The position numbers were made by a program, and so were the translations under genes. The notes below the pieces were generated by a model. It saw only the letters and a program-made list of their open reading frames with translations, was not told the DNA's origin and made no database searches. A DNA stretch of 64,000 bases from a bacterium (GTDB lineage: Bacteria; Patescibacteriota; Dojkabacteria; B142; OLB20): positions 46,277-110,276 of the forward strand of contig JAJTYI010000004.1 of NCBI GenBank assembly GCA_021463645.1, given 5' to 3'. The number at the start of each line of letters is the position of its first letter. Within the stretch, counting starts at the first letter, position 1. Positions 49,912-58,565 of this stretch are shown in pieces.

Positions 49912-50337
49912 ATGAAAAAAGTTACAAAAGCATTGCTGGTTCCATTAAATCAATATGGCGAAATTCTAATACAGGATCGTGAGGGTTTTAAACCACCTAG
50001 ATGGGGATTTTTCGGAGGGAGTGTCGAAAAGGGAGAGTCAATTAAGGAAGCACTGATTCGAGAAACAATTGAGGAACTAGGAATCGATATTTCCAGCGAA
50101 GAGCTCTTAGAAGTGGGAAATTTCACGGATGAAATAGATGGGAAATTCGTCACGAGATATGTCCATCTGTTAAATGTCGATAAAGATAATTGGATTTTCG
50201 AGGTCAAAGAAGGGAAAAGTGGGAAGTGGGTGGATGTTGACGAGATGTTAAGGTTGATTCAGGGCGCTTCTGGTGAGGCAGGGTTGAATATTGCACTGGG
50301 CATTAAAAAATTCCTTACCGACAAATTTCCTAATTAA
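49912..50337 (+). CDS. NUDIX hydrolase
   Basis: Nudix box GGSVEKGESIKEALIRETIEELGI. Confidence 0.8.
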   Translation: MKKVTKALLVPLNQYGEILIQDREGFKPPRWGFFGGSVEKGESIKEALIRETIEELGIDISSEELLEVGNFTDEIDGKFVTRYVHLLNVDKDNWIFEVKEGKSGKWVDVDEMLRLIQGASGEAGLNIALGIKKFLTDKFPN

Positions 50338-50429
50338 AACTTCTTCTTTCATTACCCAAATATTAATTTCTCCGAAGAATGTTTTTAACTATAAATTACG
50401 AAAGAGTGATATAATAGGTATATATTATT

Positions 50430-50681
50430 TTGGTAAAAATGGCAAATCCAAACTTTGATAGATCAGGCTTAAGACAACAAGTCCCAGATAAGGACCCCAT
50501 AGTCGACATGCTTGAGAATCGTGAAGGGTGTGGAAAACGAGCTTTTAAAGGAGCTGTAGGTGCAATTGCTGGGTTGATACTGGGAGGTCTTATTGTAACG
50601 ATATTACCAGACAATAGTGGTTTAGAACTTATGGTTCCCACGATAACAACAGCTGTCGGAGCAGGAGTAGGACTAAAATAA
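50430..50681 (+). CDS. small glycine-zipper membrane protein (paralog-like of 49647-49859)
   Basis: 83 aa; GAVGAIAGLILGGLIVT and ITTAVGAGVGL helices; a terminator follows. Confidence 0.45.
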   Translation: MVKMANPNFDRSGLRQQVPDKDPIVDMLENREGCGKRAFKGAVGAIAGLILGGLIVTILPDNSGLELMVPTITTAVGAGVGLK

Positions 50682-50706
50682 ATTCGATTATAAATATAAT
50701 TAAAGA

Positions 50707-50730
50707 AGGCAGTCATCGACTGCCTTTTTT
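50707..50730. terminator. bidirectional intrinsic terminator between convergent genes
   Basis: ggcagtc-atc-gactgcc hairpin flanked by an A-rich 5' side and a T7 3' side. Confidence 0.7.
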
Positions 50731-50748
50731 TATATTTTGAAATAATTC

Positions 50749-52104
50749 TTATAGAAAGATCGTCTCCTCTCTCTTCGGTCCCATCGCTATAACCAAAATG
50801 GGTAATCCTACATAGTCACTAACATATTTTAAGAAAATTTGTGCATTTTTTGGAATCTCTGACTCTTTTCGAGCTTCCATCATAGCTTTCTGATCCCATG
50901 TTTTGAACTCTTTATAAACTGGTTTTACTTTCAATAAATATTCTTGATCTGGTCTATAATCAACAGGTTTTCCATTGATTTCATACCCTATACAAACCAT
51001 GACAGGAGTATCTTTGTAGACTATATCCATGTGAGTTAGGCCCAAGTGTGTTGTGTACCCAGCTTTTTGATAATATTTGATCGCTGGTAAATCCAGGTAA
51101 GCTATTCCTCTTGGACGTTTTGTGGTTGCCCCGTATTCATTTGCATCCTCACGCACTCTATTTGCAAATTCACCTTCAACTAAAGTTGGGATTTTCCTAA
51201 TTCCGACACTAGACATATATGTTGCTTTGATAACCGCTACTCGTTTTTCAATCTGGAATGAGTCGATTGTTCCTTCTGTGGAGTAGGTAACACCACCAAG
51301 TGTACAGTCAGAAGCGGTAACGTCAGGATAGACTCCGTATCTCATATCTAATCCAATTGCCTGTGATTTTTCGAAAACATAAGCGTAATCTTTTGTATTT
51401 GCCCATGTTTCTTTGATAAATCCCGAAACATCTTCAATGTATTTCTTTAATTTCGAAGCGTGAGTCTTCAATTCGTTAATGAATTCTTTCTCTGAGCCCA
51501 CGAAAGTTGTAGTGCCATCTAATCTCTTCGCTTCCATTTTCGCCAAATCAAAACCTAATCCTTTAATCAGGTTTTTATAAAGTTTATAGTGATCTTTGAT
51601 TTTCTTTTTATCCCATTTCTTCAAATCCCTCATTCTTAGTGGATGTCTGAGTATCACATCCATATATGCAGGACTGATTCCTCGTCCAGTTGACCCTTTT
51701 CCACCTGATTGGTAATTACTTAATGCGGTTTCAAAAGCTCTGTGAGTATCTAGGGAAAGTGCTGCCATTTCATCAATCTTTATTTCGGCAATAATCTTGC
51801 CTCCGCTAGCTTTTTTCACTTCTTCAATCTCCATAAGTAAATCGTTTGGATTTAAGACCATGCCTTTTCCAAGTACACAGACAACATTTTTTACGAATAC
51901 ACCTGAGGGTAACTGATGGAGTGCAAGTTTTACATCATCGAATGCCACCGTGTGACCAGCGTTTGATCCTCCATTGTCACGATAAAGTACAACCTTACCC
52001 TTTTTTGCAAATTTATGTACATATTCATCAACAAATCTTCCTTTACCTTCGTCTCCATAAGCACCTCCGCAAAATCCGATGCTGTTTTTTCTTGGTTTAT
52101 TCAT
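50749..52104 (-). CDS. purA: adenylosuccinate synthetase
   Basis: GGAYGDEGKGRFVDEY P-loop-like motif and GGSNAGHTV motif; 451 aa. Confidence 0.9.
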   Translation of the reverse strand: MNKPRKNSIGFCGGAYGDEGKGRFVDEYVHKFAKKGKVVLYRDNGGSNAGHTVAFDDVKLALHQLPSGVFVKNVVCVLGKGMVLNPNDLLMEIEEVKKASGGKIIAEIKIDEMAALSLDTHRAFETALSNYQSGGKGSTGRGISPAYMDVILRHPLRMRDLKKWDKKKIKDHYKLYKNLIKGLGFDLAKMEAKRLDGTTTFVGSEKEFINELKTHASKLKKYIEDVSGFIKETWANTKDYAYVFEKSQAIGLDMRYGVYPDVTASDCTLGGVTYSTEGTIDSFQIEKRVAVIKATYMSSVGIRKIPTLVEGEFANRVREDANEYGATTKRPRGIAYLDLPAIKYYQKAGYTTHLGLTHMDIVYKDTPVMVCIGYEINGKPVDYRPDQEYLLKVKPVYKEFKTWDQKAMMEARKESEIPKNAQIFLKYVSDYVGLPILVIAMGPKREETIFL

Positions 52105-52129
52105 TAGAAAAATTAAAGAATTAAAATAA

Positions 52130-53503
52130 TTAGAATTTGATTAATTTAATAGCGTCGTCAACAACACTTTCGCAATAACCTGTATATGTTCTTGGATTCA
52201 GCATCAAAATCTCATTCTTAACATTTTTCGGAATATCCATTTCTTTTATCATCTTAATCCATGCCTTCTCGGATAACTTTTTGCCCATCATCTGTTCTTT
52301 TACCAAATTAAATGAATTCTCGATATTATTTTTCCTAAGTAATATCTGTAAAGGGTCTGCAAGGATAGACCAATTAGACATGAGATGATGTTCGATTTCC
52401 TCAAAATTAGGATGGATTTTTGAGAAACCTCTTGAGGCACTTTTGATGACAATCAAAGAATGTCCTAAAGCGGGACCGATATTTCTCACAATCGTGCTAT
52501 TTGATAGATCACGTTGAAGTCGTGAAATTGGTAAAGTGCGATTTAGTGCTTCAATAATTCCGTTGGCAATTTGTGCATTGCCTTCGCTATTTTCAAAGTT
52601 AATGGGGTTTACCTTTTGTGCCATTGTTGAAGATCCAACTGATTTGCTATCAGGTTTTTGCTTTATCCAATCGTCACTAATGTAGCGCCACATATCTTGA
52701 TTGAAATCAATCATAATTGAGTTCATCTGGTGTATTAATGAAAGCAGCTCGACAACATCGTCGTATGGATTTATCTGTGTAGTGAATTCGTTGAACTCGA
52801 GGTCCACAGATTCGACGAATTCTTTAGAAAATTTCATCCAATTAATTTGAGGCTCGGAGTATAGGTGTGCATTCCATCCACCAATTGCTCCGCCAAGTTT
52901 TCCCGTAAGATTATTCCTCTCTATCTTCTTATATATTTTGAACAATCGTGTTGCATAGACTGCGATTTCTTTGCCTAAAGTGGTTGGGACTGCATCTTGA
53001 CCATGGGTTCGAGCCATCATCACGGTAGATTTCGTTTCTTTTGAAAATTGAACTAATTCGGAAATGAGACTTTGGAGTTCTTTCATCAAAACCTCGGAAA
53101 CTGAATATTTGAGCATCAATCTGTAAGCGATGTTGTTTACGTCTTCCGAGGTGAGGCAAAAATGAATCTTTTCGATTAATTCTTCAAGATTAATTTCTTT
53201 GAGTTTCTCACGGAGTAATAATTCAATCGCTTTTACATCATGATGAACTACCTCTTCAAATTCCTTCGCTTTTTGAATATCTTGGTCATCAAGATTCGTG
53301 ATTATTTTTATCAGGTTCGATATTTCAATTTTATTGAGTTTTCTAATTACTCCGACCTCTGACAATTTGAGTAAATAACGAATTTCTATTTCAACACGGT
53401 ATTTGATCAATGCTGATTCAGAGAGGTAATTTGAGAGGGGTGCAACAAGTTGTCCGTATCGGTCGGCTAGGGGAGACAATCCTTTGTGGAGTCTTAAACT
53501 CAA
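52130..53503 (-). CDS. purB: adenylosuccinate lyase
   Basis: Fumarate-lyase signature GSSTMAQKVNP; 457 aa; TTG start in the ORF track. Confidence 0.9.
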   Translation of the reverse strand: MSLRLHKGLSPLADRYGQLVAPLSNYLSESALIKYRVEIEIRYLLKLSEVGVIRKLNKIEISNLIKIITNLDDQDIQKAKEFEEVVHHDVKAIELLLREKLKEINLEELIEKIHFCLTSEDVNNIAYRLMLKYSVSEVLMKELQSLISELVQFSKETKSTVMMARTHGQDAVPTTLGKEIAVYATRLFKIYKKIERNNLTGKLGGAIGGWNAHLYSEPQINWMKFSKEFVESVDLEFNEFTTQINPYDDVVELLSLIHQMNSIMIDFNQDMWRYISDDWIKQKPDSKSVGSSTMAQKVNPINFENSEGNAQIANGIIEALNRTLPISRLQRDLSNSTIVRNIGPALGHSLIVIKSASRGFSKIHPNFEEIEHHLMSNWSILADPLQILLRKNNIENSFNLVKEQMMGKKLSEKAWIKMIKEMDIPKNVKNEILMLNPRTYTGYCESVVDDAIKLIKF

Positions 53504-53942
53504 AAAATTTCCCTAATAATTATTCGCCACAAGTGAATTATACTTCTAAACTAGTTGTCTAGCAAAGTCAAAAGTTATAGTTATTATTAAATCCCTGCAT
53601 AATCATTTCCATCAGTAACTTAGGCGTTTTCAAATAATTTACAATGGGATTAATTAAAATTTACAATCGGAGGATATAATAATTAATACCTTGGTAACTA
53701 TTCTAAATATTTTAATTTTTAAATTAAAACCATGAGTACCGATCGTATTGTAAATGATGATATTATTGAAGGTGAAGATATAACCGGGGAGAGTGGTGAA
53801 CCATTCCCAGATATAGATTAAACAAACCAACACAAAATTTTAGGTTGAAAATAACAAGAATACTGGGAACTATCTAAAATTTAAGTCCTCTCTGGAAGAT
53901 AGGTACATAAATTTGAATAAAATCTGGCCACACGTTAAGCGT

Positions 53943-54155
53943 TTAGATTGTATGGTCTTTCCTGTATTCTAATATGTCCCCTGGTTGGCAATCGAGTGCT
54001 TTGCAAATACTCTCTAAGGTTGAGAAGCGAACTGCTTTTGCTTTTCCGTTCTTTAAAATTGAGAGATTTGCCATGGTTATGCCTACTTTCTGAGCTAGTT
54101 CGGTGACGCTCATCTTCCTTTTTGCTAGCATTACATCGATATTGATTATTATTGC
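53943..54155 (-). CDS. XRE-family (YozG-like) helix-turn-helix regulator
   Basis: IINIDVMLAKRKMSVTELAQKVGITMANLSILKNGKAKAVRFSTL; the ATG at 54155 gives the typical ~70-aa length. Confidence 0.75.
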   Translation of the reverse strand, partial: AIIINIDVMLAKRKMSVTELAQKVGITMANLSILKNGKAKAVRFSTLESICKALDCQPGDILEYRKDHTI

Positions 54156-54183
54156 CATATCGTTAATTAGTGGTTTTATTGTT

Positions 54184-54864
54184 ATGGTTGATATGCGATT
54201 GCCTTGGATTCTGAACATCTTCCCTTATGCTCTTTCGTTGGTATTCATGTTACTAATCAAAATCTCTCCAAATAAACATAAGGTTAGGGCTGAGAATATG
54301 TTAATCCAGTCCCGACTAGCAGTTAATTATGTAATAAAAAATAAGCCAGTATTAATTATCGTTTTGTTGGCTGGAATTTTAGGTGGTTATGCAATCAGTA
54401 TTAAAACACTTGCTGGATCTTTTGTTGATGTTTTTGACTCGTCTCCGCAGATTATTGCTTGGTTAGTATCGCTGGTTTTTCTTTCACGAGCGATAGGTAA
54501 GAAATTTGCAGTAAATGTCGAGAAAGTAGGCTATAAGGTTTTGTTCGTGTTGTTATTGGTATCCCTTGTAATATTGGCATATGCACCAAATGTTATTGTC
54601 GCAGGAATTGCACTAATTGCAGGGAATTTTATCCTAGGAGTATTGTTGATCTTACTTAATAGTGTTCTTGTCGAGGAGACGATTGATGGAATTGAAGCGA
54701 GTGTACTTTCACTACGAAATTTATTAGTTAGAACTTTCTCAAGTGGCTATTTATTCCTTTTTGGTCTCCTACTGGCGAGAATTGAATTCGGAAATGTAAT
54801 CTTATTAACTATCCTGATGTTTCTAGTACTCGGACTAATCTACTATCGCTATTCGGTCAAGTAA
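54184..54864 (+). CDS. polytopic membrane protein resembling the C-terminal half of an MFS transporter (possibly truncated)
   Basis: About 6 TM helices; the annotated 5' end overlaps the HTH gene on the other strand, so the start is uncertain. Confidence 0.4.
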   Translation: MVDMRLPWILNIFPYALSLVFMLLIKISPNKHKVRAENMLIQSRLAVNYVIKNKPVLIIVLLAGILGGYAISIKTLAGSFVDVFDSSPQIIAWLVSLVFLSRAIGKKFAVNVEKVGYKVLFVLLLVSLVILAYAPNVIVAGIALIAGNFILGVLLILLNSVLVEETIDGIEASVLSLRNLLVRTFSSGYLFLFGLLLARIEFGNVILLTILMFLVLGLIYYRYSVK

Positions 54865-54893
54865 ACAAAAGTTGTCTAGGTTGAAATGCTCCT

Positions 54894-56330
54894 TTAAAAC
54901 CGATTCCACAAAACCTGGTTTGTAATTTCGTGATGGTATAAAACCTCTCCATTTTTAATAGTTTTGCCAAGGTCTTTTGGGCTTCTATTTGCAACGATTT
55001 GCTTTTGTTCTACGTACTTTGATTTTGCATATTCTCCTAGAACGTTACCAACAAATTCCGATGCTTTGAATTGTTTAATGGCATCTTGGATAGAGTCCGG
55101 AAGTACCCTTGTGCGCTGTCTTTTGTCTTCGTCTGTCTCTAAATCTTCACCTTCGAGGCCTGTTTTTAAAAGAACAAGCGCAACAGCATAAGGGTTTGTG
55201 TCTGGGCTCACAGAGCGTATTTCGATGCGAGTGGATTTCTGTGTTGCGAGAGGAATCCTAATCATAGAACTTCTATCAGTATATGAGTATTTTATTTGAT
55301 TTGGTGCTTCAAAATGTGGATCAAGTCTACGGTAGGCATTTACACTAGCATTTAGAATTAAACAGATGTCGTTGGCATGGTTTAGAATTCTTGATATAAA
55401 TTCCCATGCTGTTTTTGATAATTTCGACTCATTATTCTCGTCATAAAACAAGTTTTTACCAGATTTATGTAATGATAAATTTATATGCATTCCATTTCCG
55501 TTAATCCCCACGACTGGTTTGGGTAGGAACGATGCAGTCATTTCCATATTATGTGCGATTTGACGACAAACAAGCTTATAAAGTTGTATTTGGTCGCATG
55601 CTAGTAATGCATCGGTATAGGAGAAGTTCAATTCAAACTGAGAAGGTGCGACTTCGGGATGATCTTTCTCATTTTCAAAACCAAGTGCTCGCTGAGCTTC
55701 TGCCGCTCTGTCTATGAATAATTTCAATGTATCAGTTGGTAGTGTATGATAATATCCACCTTCTGATGCTTCCTGGAAACCTTCTTTCTCGTCGAATGAT
55801 TGTTCTGCATATTGTCCACTAAGCAAAAAGCCTTCCAGTTCTGGTGCGACAAAATATTCTAGTTTATTTTTCTTATACATCTCTTGTAGTGTGAGATGTA
55901 GCGAATATCGAAAATCACAAGAATATGGTGAACCATCTTGTTCGCAGACATATCCAAACATAATCACTTTTCCTGGTCCAAATACATCACTAGGTAGCCA
56001 TCTAAAAGAGTACCAATCAGGTTTTAATCGAAGGTCGGATTGGTCAATAGTTGAAAACCCTCGAATGGATGAGCCATCAAAAGTAAGTCCATCTAAATTT
56101 TTTATAAAATAATCTTTGTCATAATCGAGCATATGAAAACGTCCTTCGATATCTGAGAAGCAAAGGGTGACGGCTTTGAGACGGGGTTCGCTTATTAAGT
56201 ATTCAATATAATGCTTTCGTACACTCGTCTCGGTTTCTCTATTTGTAAAGCGTCTTTTCGCTTCGAGGTTTAGATTTTGTAATTCGTCATAAGGAATTTC
56301 TAGGAAATTTCGTAATTGAGCTGAGTCCAC
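54894..56330 (-). CDS. glnA: glutamine synthetase
   Basis: NGNGMHINLSL and NAYRRL motifs; 478 aa; GTG start in the ORF track. Confidence 0.85.
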   Translation of the reverse strand: MDSAQLRNFLEIPYDELQNLNLEAKRRFTNRETETSVRKHYIEYLISEPRLKAVTLCFSDIEGRFHMLDYDKDYFIKNLDGLTFDGSSIRGFSTIDQSDLRLKPDWYSFRWLPSDVFGPGKVIMFGYVCEQDGSPYSCDFRYSLHLTLQEMYKKNKLEYFVAPELEGFLLSGQYAEQSFDEKEGFQEASEGGYYHTLPTDTLKLFIDRAAEAQRALGFENEKDHPEVAPSQFELNFSYTDALLACDQIQLYKLVCRQIAHNMEMTASFLPKPVVGINGNGMHINLSLHKSGKNLFYDENNESKLSKTAWEFISRILNHANDICLILNASVNAYRRLDPHFEAPNQIKYSYTDRSSMIRIPLATQKSTRIEIRSVSPDTNPYAVALVLLKTGLEGEDLETDEDKRQRTRVLPDSIQDAIKQFKASEFVGNVLGEYAKSKYVEQKQIVANRSPKDLGKTIKNGEVLYHHEITNQVLWNRF

Positions 56331-56545
56331 AGATTTAAAATAAAAAGTAATAAAATAAGAATAAAACTAATCCGAATAAATGTAAAATGAAAATTAATTA
56401 CATTAAAAATAAACTCGGTACAGAAAATATGGAGTGTAGTGGTGGGGTATTTATATCTTCAGGATTTGGATGATAGTCAAAAACCTTTTGGTATGTTAAC
56501 ATCCAAATGTCATGAATAAACAAATTTTTGTCAAAATCTTCAATT

Positions 56546-56646
56546 ATTACTACTCCCACTAAGGGAGGAGTAATTTGACATAAACAAACCAAATACTTAC
56601 CTCCCAAACGGGAGGTTTTTTTATCTCCTGTGAGGGAGATTTTTTA
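56546..56646 (+). promoter_or_regulatory. three tandem CUCCC/GGGAG hairpins, the last two with U-tracts (candidate sRNA or attenuator)
   Basis: H1 56546-56574 (attactactccc/gggaggagtaat); H2 56599-56616 (acctccc/gggaggt) + T7; H3 56623-56640 (atctcc/ggagat) + T5; ends 18 nt before the ATG at 56664. Confidence 0.5.
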
Positions 56647-56663
56647 TTTATTAATATATTTCG

Positions 56664-58112
56664 ATGGATATTCAAACAGAAATTTTAAATATTAGGTCTG
56701 AAAATGATTTGACGAGGACAGCACAAGAGAGGCGAAGTGGTGAATTGTTCGCAACAGCAGTTGAGAGAGTATTACCGCAATGTGATCATTTCTCGGATCC
56801 TGAGGCCGGTTTGGTGGGGGTAGAAGTGGAGACAATATTAACAGATAAGAATGGTCATCTAATTGATGAGGTTACTAGAGATAGTTTTCTTCAAAGAGTC
56901 AATGCCATCTGTACAGAGGATCAAGTACCAATTTCGTTCCAATCGGAACTTGGCGCGGCACAAATTGAGACAAATCAAGGTTCAAATGCTTTATTTTCTC
57001 TGGAGAGGATTGAAATCGATACGGTCTCGAATCTCTTTGTCCAGATTGATAAAGCAATCCAAGAGGCAAATGATGGTCTTGGTATTACGTCGCTGAACCT
57101 TGGTTTTCATCCTACGGCTGAAGTAGTCAATGTCCCCCGTACAAATAAACCCAAATACGAAATTGTTCCACAATTTCACGATTCAAATAGAGTTCCTAGT
57201 TCGATGAGGTTGAGTGGGGATTTAGGTCTTGCTACAGAACCAGATGCCACCGTGGCAGCATTAACAAATTCAATACAGTTTAATCTATCAATGCCAAATG
57301 TCCCAGCTGCTATAAAAGCAATGAATTTGATGTTTCAGATGACTCCAATGATGTTAGCCATAGGAGGTAATGCTGGAATAGCTCAAGCTAGAGATACCAG
57401 TTGGTCAGACTTCAGAAATCATGTTTGGGAAATGACTCATAGAACAAAATCAGGTAGAAGAGTCTTTCTCCCGGAAGATTACATACTATCTCCTCAAGAT
57501 TTGTTTCGACGAATGGCAAGATTTCCTTTAATTCTTGACCCAGAGGAACCGAAGTCGGCATTGGAAATTGCAACAGGGACGAATTGGCTAGCTGCGAAAC
57601 TAAAATTCCTCTGTGATTCTGATATTAACTTGAATAAATTGTTATTAGAATTTCGACCATTATCGTTACAGCAAACTCCAGAGGAAAATGCTGCAATGTT
57701 TTTACTTTCGCTAGGGAGATTGAAACTAGGAATGGAAACCTATGAACCTTTATTTGATGATTTTGATATAGTTAGGGTGAATGGTGAATTGGCATCGAGA
57801 CGTGGTATGGGAGCAAGTTTAGTAACTCATAAATGGAAAGGAACAGGTTGGGAAAGAACGCTAGTGGAAGGAGCAGAAATACGTGAGCTTGAAATTCATC
57901 ATGCAGCTATGGGGTTATGCATGACAGGTGATGGGAAGGTCTCAGTGAATCGATACCAGAAATTTAGAAATTTCTTTGAAGGAATTATAAGTGCCCAGAA
58001 CCCAACGGAGAGATTGAAAACAAATTTAGGGACTACATGGGAATTTGGAAACGAGATGGAGAGGAGAGAACACCTTCGAGATACATTAATTAATTCCAAT
58101 GTCTTGCGATGA
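56664..58112 (+). CDS. glutamate-cysteine-ligase family 2 (GCS2/YbdK-like) carboxylate-amine ligase
   Basis: VGVEVETILTD N-terminal motif and overall GCS2-like pattern; 482 aa. Confidence 0.6.
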   Translation: MDIQTEILNIRSENDLTRTAQERRSGELFATAVERVLPQCDHFSDPEAGLVGVEVETILTDKNGHLIDEVTRDSFLQRVNAICTEDQVPISFQSELGAAQIETNQGSNALFSLERIEIDTVSNLFVQIDKAIQEANDGLGITSLNLGFHPTAEVVNVPRTNKPKYEIVPQFHDSNRVPSSMRLSGDLGLATEPDATVAALTNSIQFNLSMPNVPAAIKAMNLMFQMTPMMLAIGGNAGIAQARDTSWSDFRNHVWEMTHRTKSGRRVFLPEDYILSPQDLFRRMARFPLILDPEEPKSALEIATGTNWLAAKLKFLCDSDINLNKLLLEFRPLSLQQTPEENAAMFLLSLGRLKLGMETYEPLFDDFDIVRVNGELASRRGMGASLVTHKWKGTGWERTLVEGAEIRELEIHHAAMGLCMTGDGKVSVNRYQKFRNFFEGIISAQNPTERLKTNLGTTWEFGNEMERREHLRDTLINSNVLR

Positions 58113-58238
58113 GATATCTGTAGATTTTTCAAAACCTTTACATTCGCTTAAGACCAGGTTAATGCTTAGAGCATATAATATTTATTCTCCAATTGTAATC
58201 TGCAGATAGGAGACTATATAAATTGTTAAATTATTCTC

Positions 58239-58463
58239 ATGAATAATCAAAACAACAATAGTAACAATAAAGATAGGAGTAATAAGAATAATAATGGTAG
58301 GGGAAGTCAATATAGTGATGATTCCTCTAACATCGATATAAATGAAAGGAACAAGCAGAGAAACAATGAATTCTCTAATACTGATCAAAGAGAATACATA
58401 GAACAGCAGAATTATAACCAATCAGGAAATAACAATAACGACGGAAGATCAGACAGAGCATAA
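58239..58463 (+). CDS. Asn-rich low-complexity small protein
   Basis: 74-aa ORF (MNNQNNNSNNKDRSNKNNNGRG...); followed by a plus-strand terminator; competes with an antisense hydrophobic ORF. Confidence 0.35.
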   Translation: MNNQNNNSNNKDRSNKNNNGRGSQYSDDSSNIDINERNKQRNNEFSNTDQREYIEQQNYNQSGNNNNDGRSDRA

Positions 58464-58489
58464 TTGCTAGTTTGATTTTGTACTAACAA

Positions 58490-58514
58490 CTGGGGGAGAA
58501 ATCCCCCGGTTTTG
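58490..58514 (+). terminator. intrinsic terminator
   Basis: ctggggga-gaaa-tcccccgg hairpin followed by tttt. Confidence 0.55.
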
Positions 58515-58565
58515 ATTACTAATAAAAAATTCTTGAATCAATAACATCTTTGGGAAGACTAGTTT

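Noticed and set aside
50396-50716. 106-aa minus-strand ORF
   Set aside because: It mirrors the plus-strand glycine-zipper ORF (GC-rich Gly/Ala codons read as Pro/Ala on the other strand). The plus-strand terminator and the paralogy with 49647-49859 favour the plus strand.
56331-56663. Glutamine (glnA-motif) riboswitch or TnrA/GlnR box near glnA; also the 69-aa ORF at 56398-56607
   Set aside because: I found no glnA-motif core sequence and no TGTNAN7TNACA box. The ORF is antisense to the hairpin array, has no features and is likely spurious.
1297-57179. Numerous 60-140-aa ORFs nested inside or antisense to larger genes (e.g. 1297-1482, 2811-3026, 4527-4730, 7423-7671, 9583-9843, 14236-14523, 16348-16746, 19462-19911, 24188-24478, 33970-34274, 35712-36140, 37461-37772, 43055-43309, 43603-43803, 45988-46239, 51846-52124, 52929-53159, 55532-56112, 56863-57179)
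   Set aside because: Each overlaps a longer ORF with clear family motifs, and none shows motifs of its own. Such ORFs are expected by chance in AT-rich DNA.
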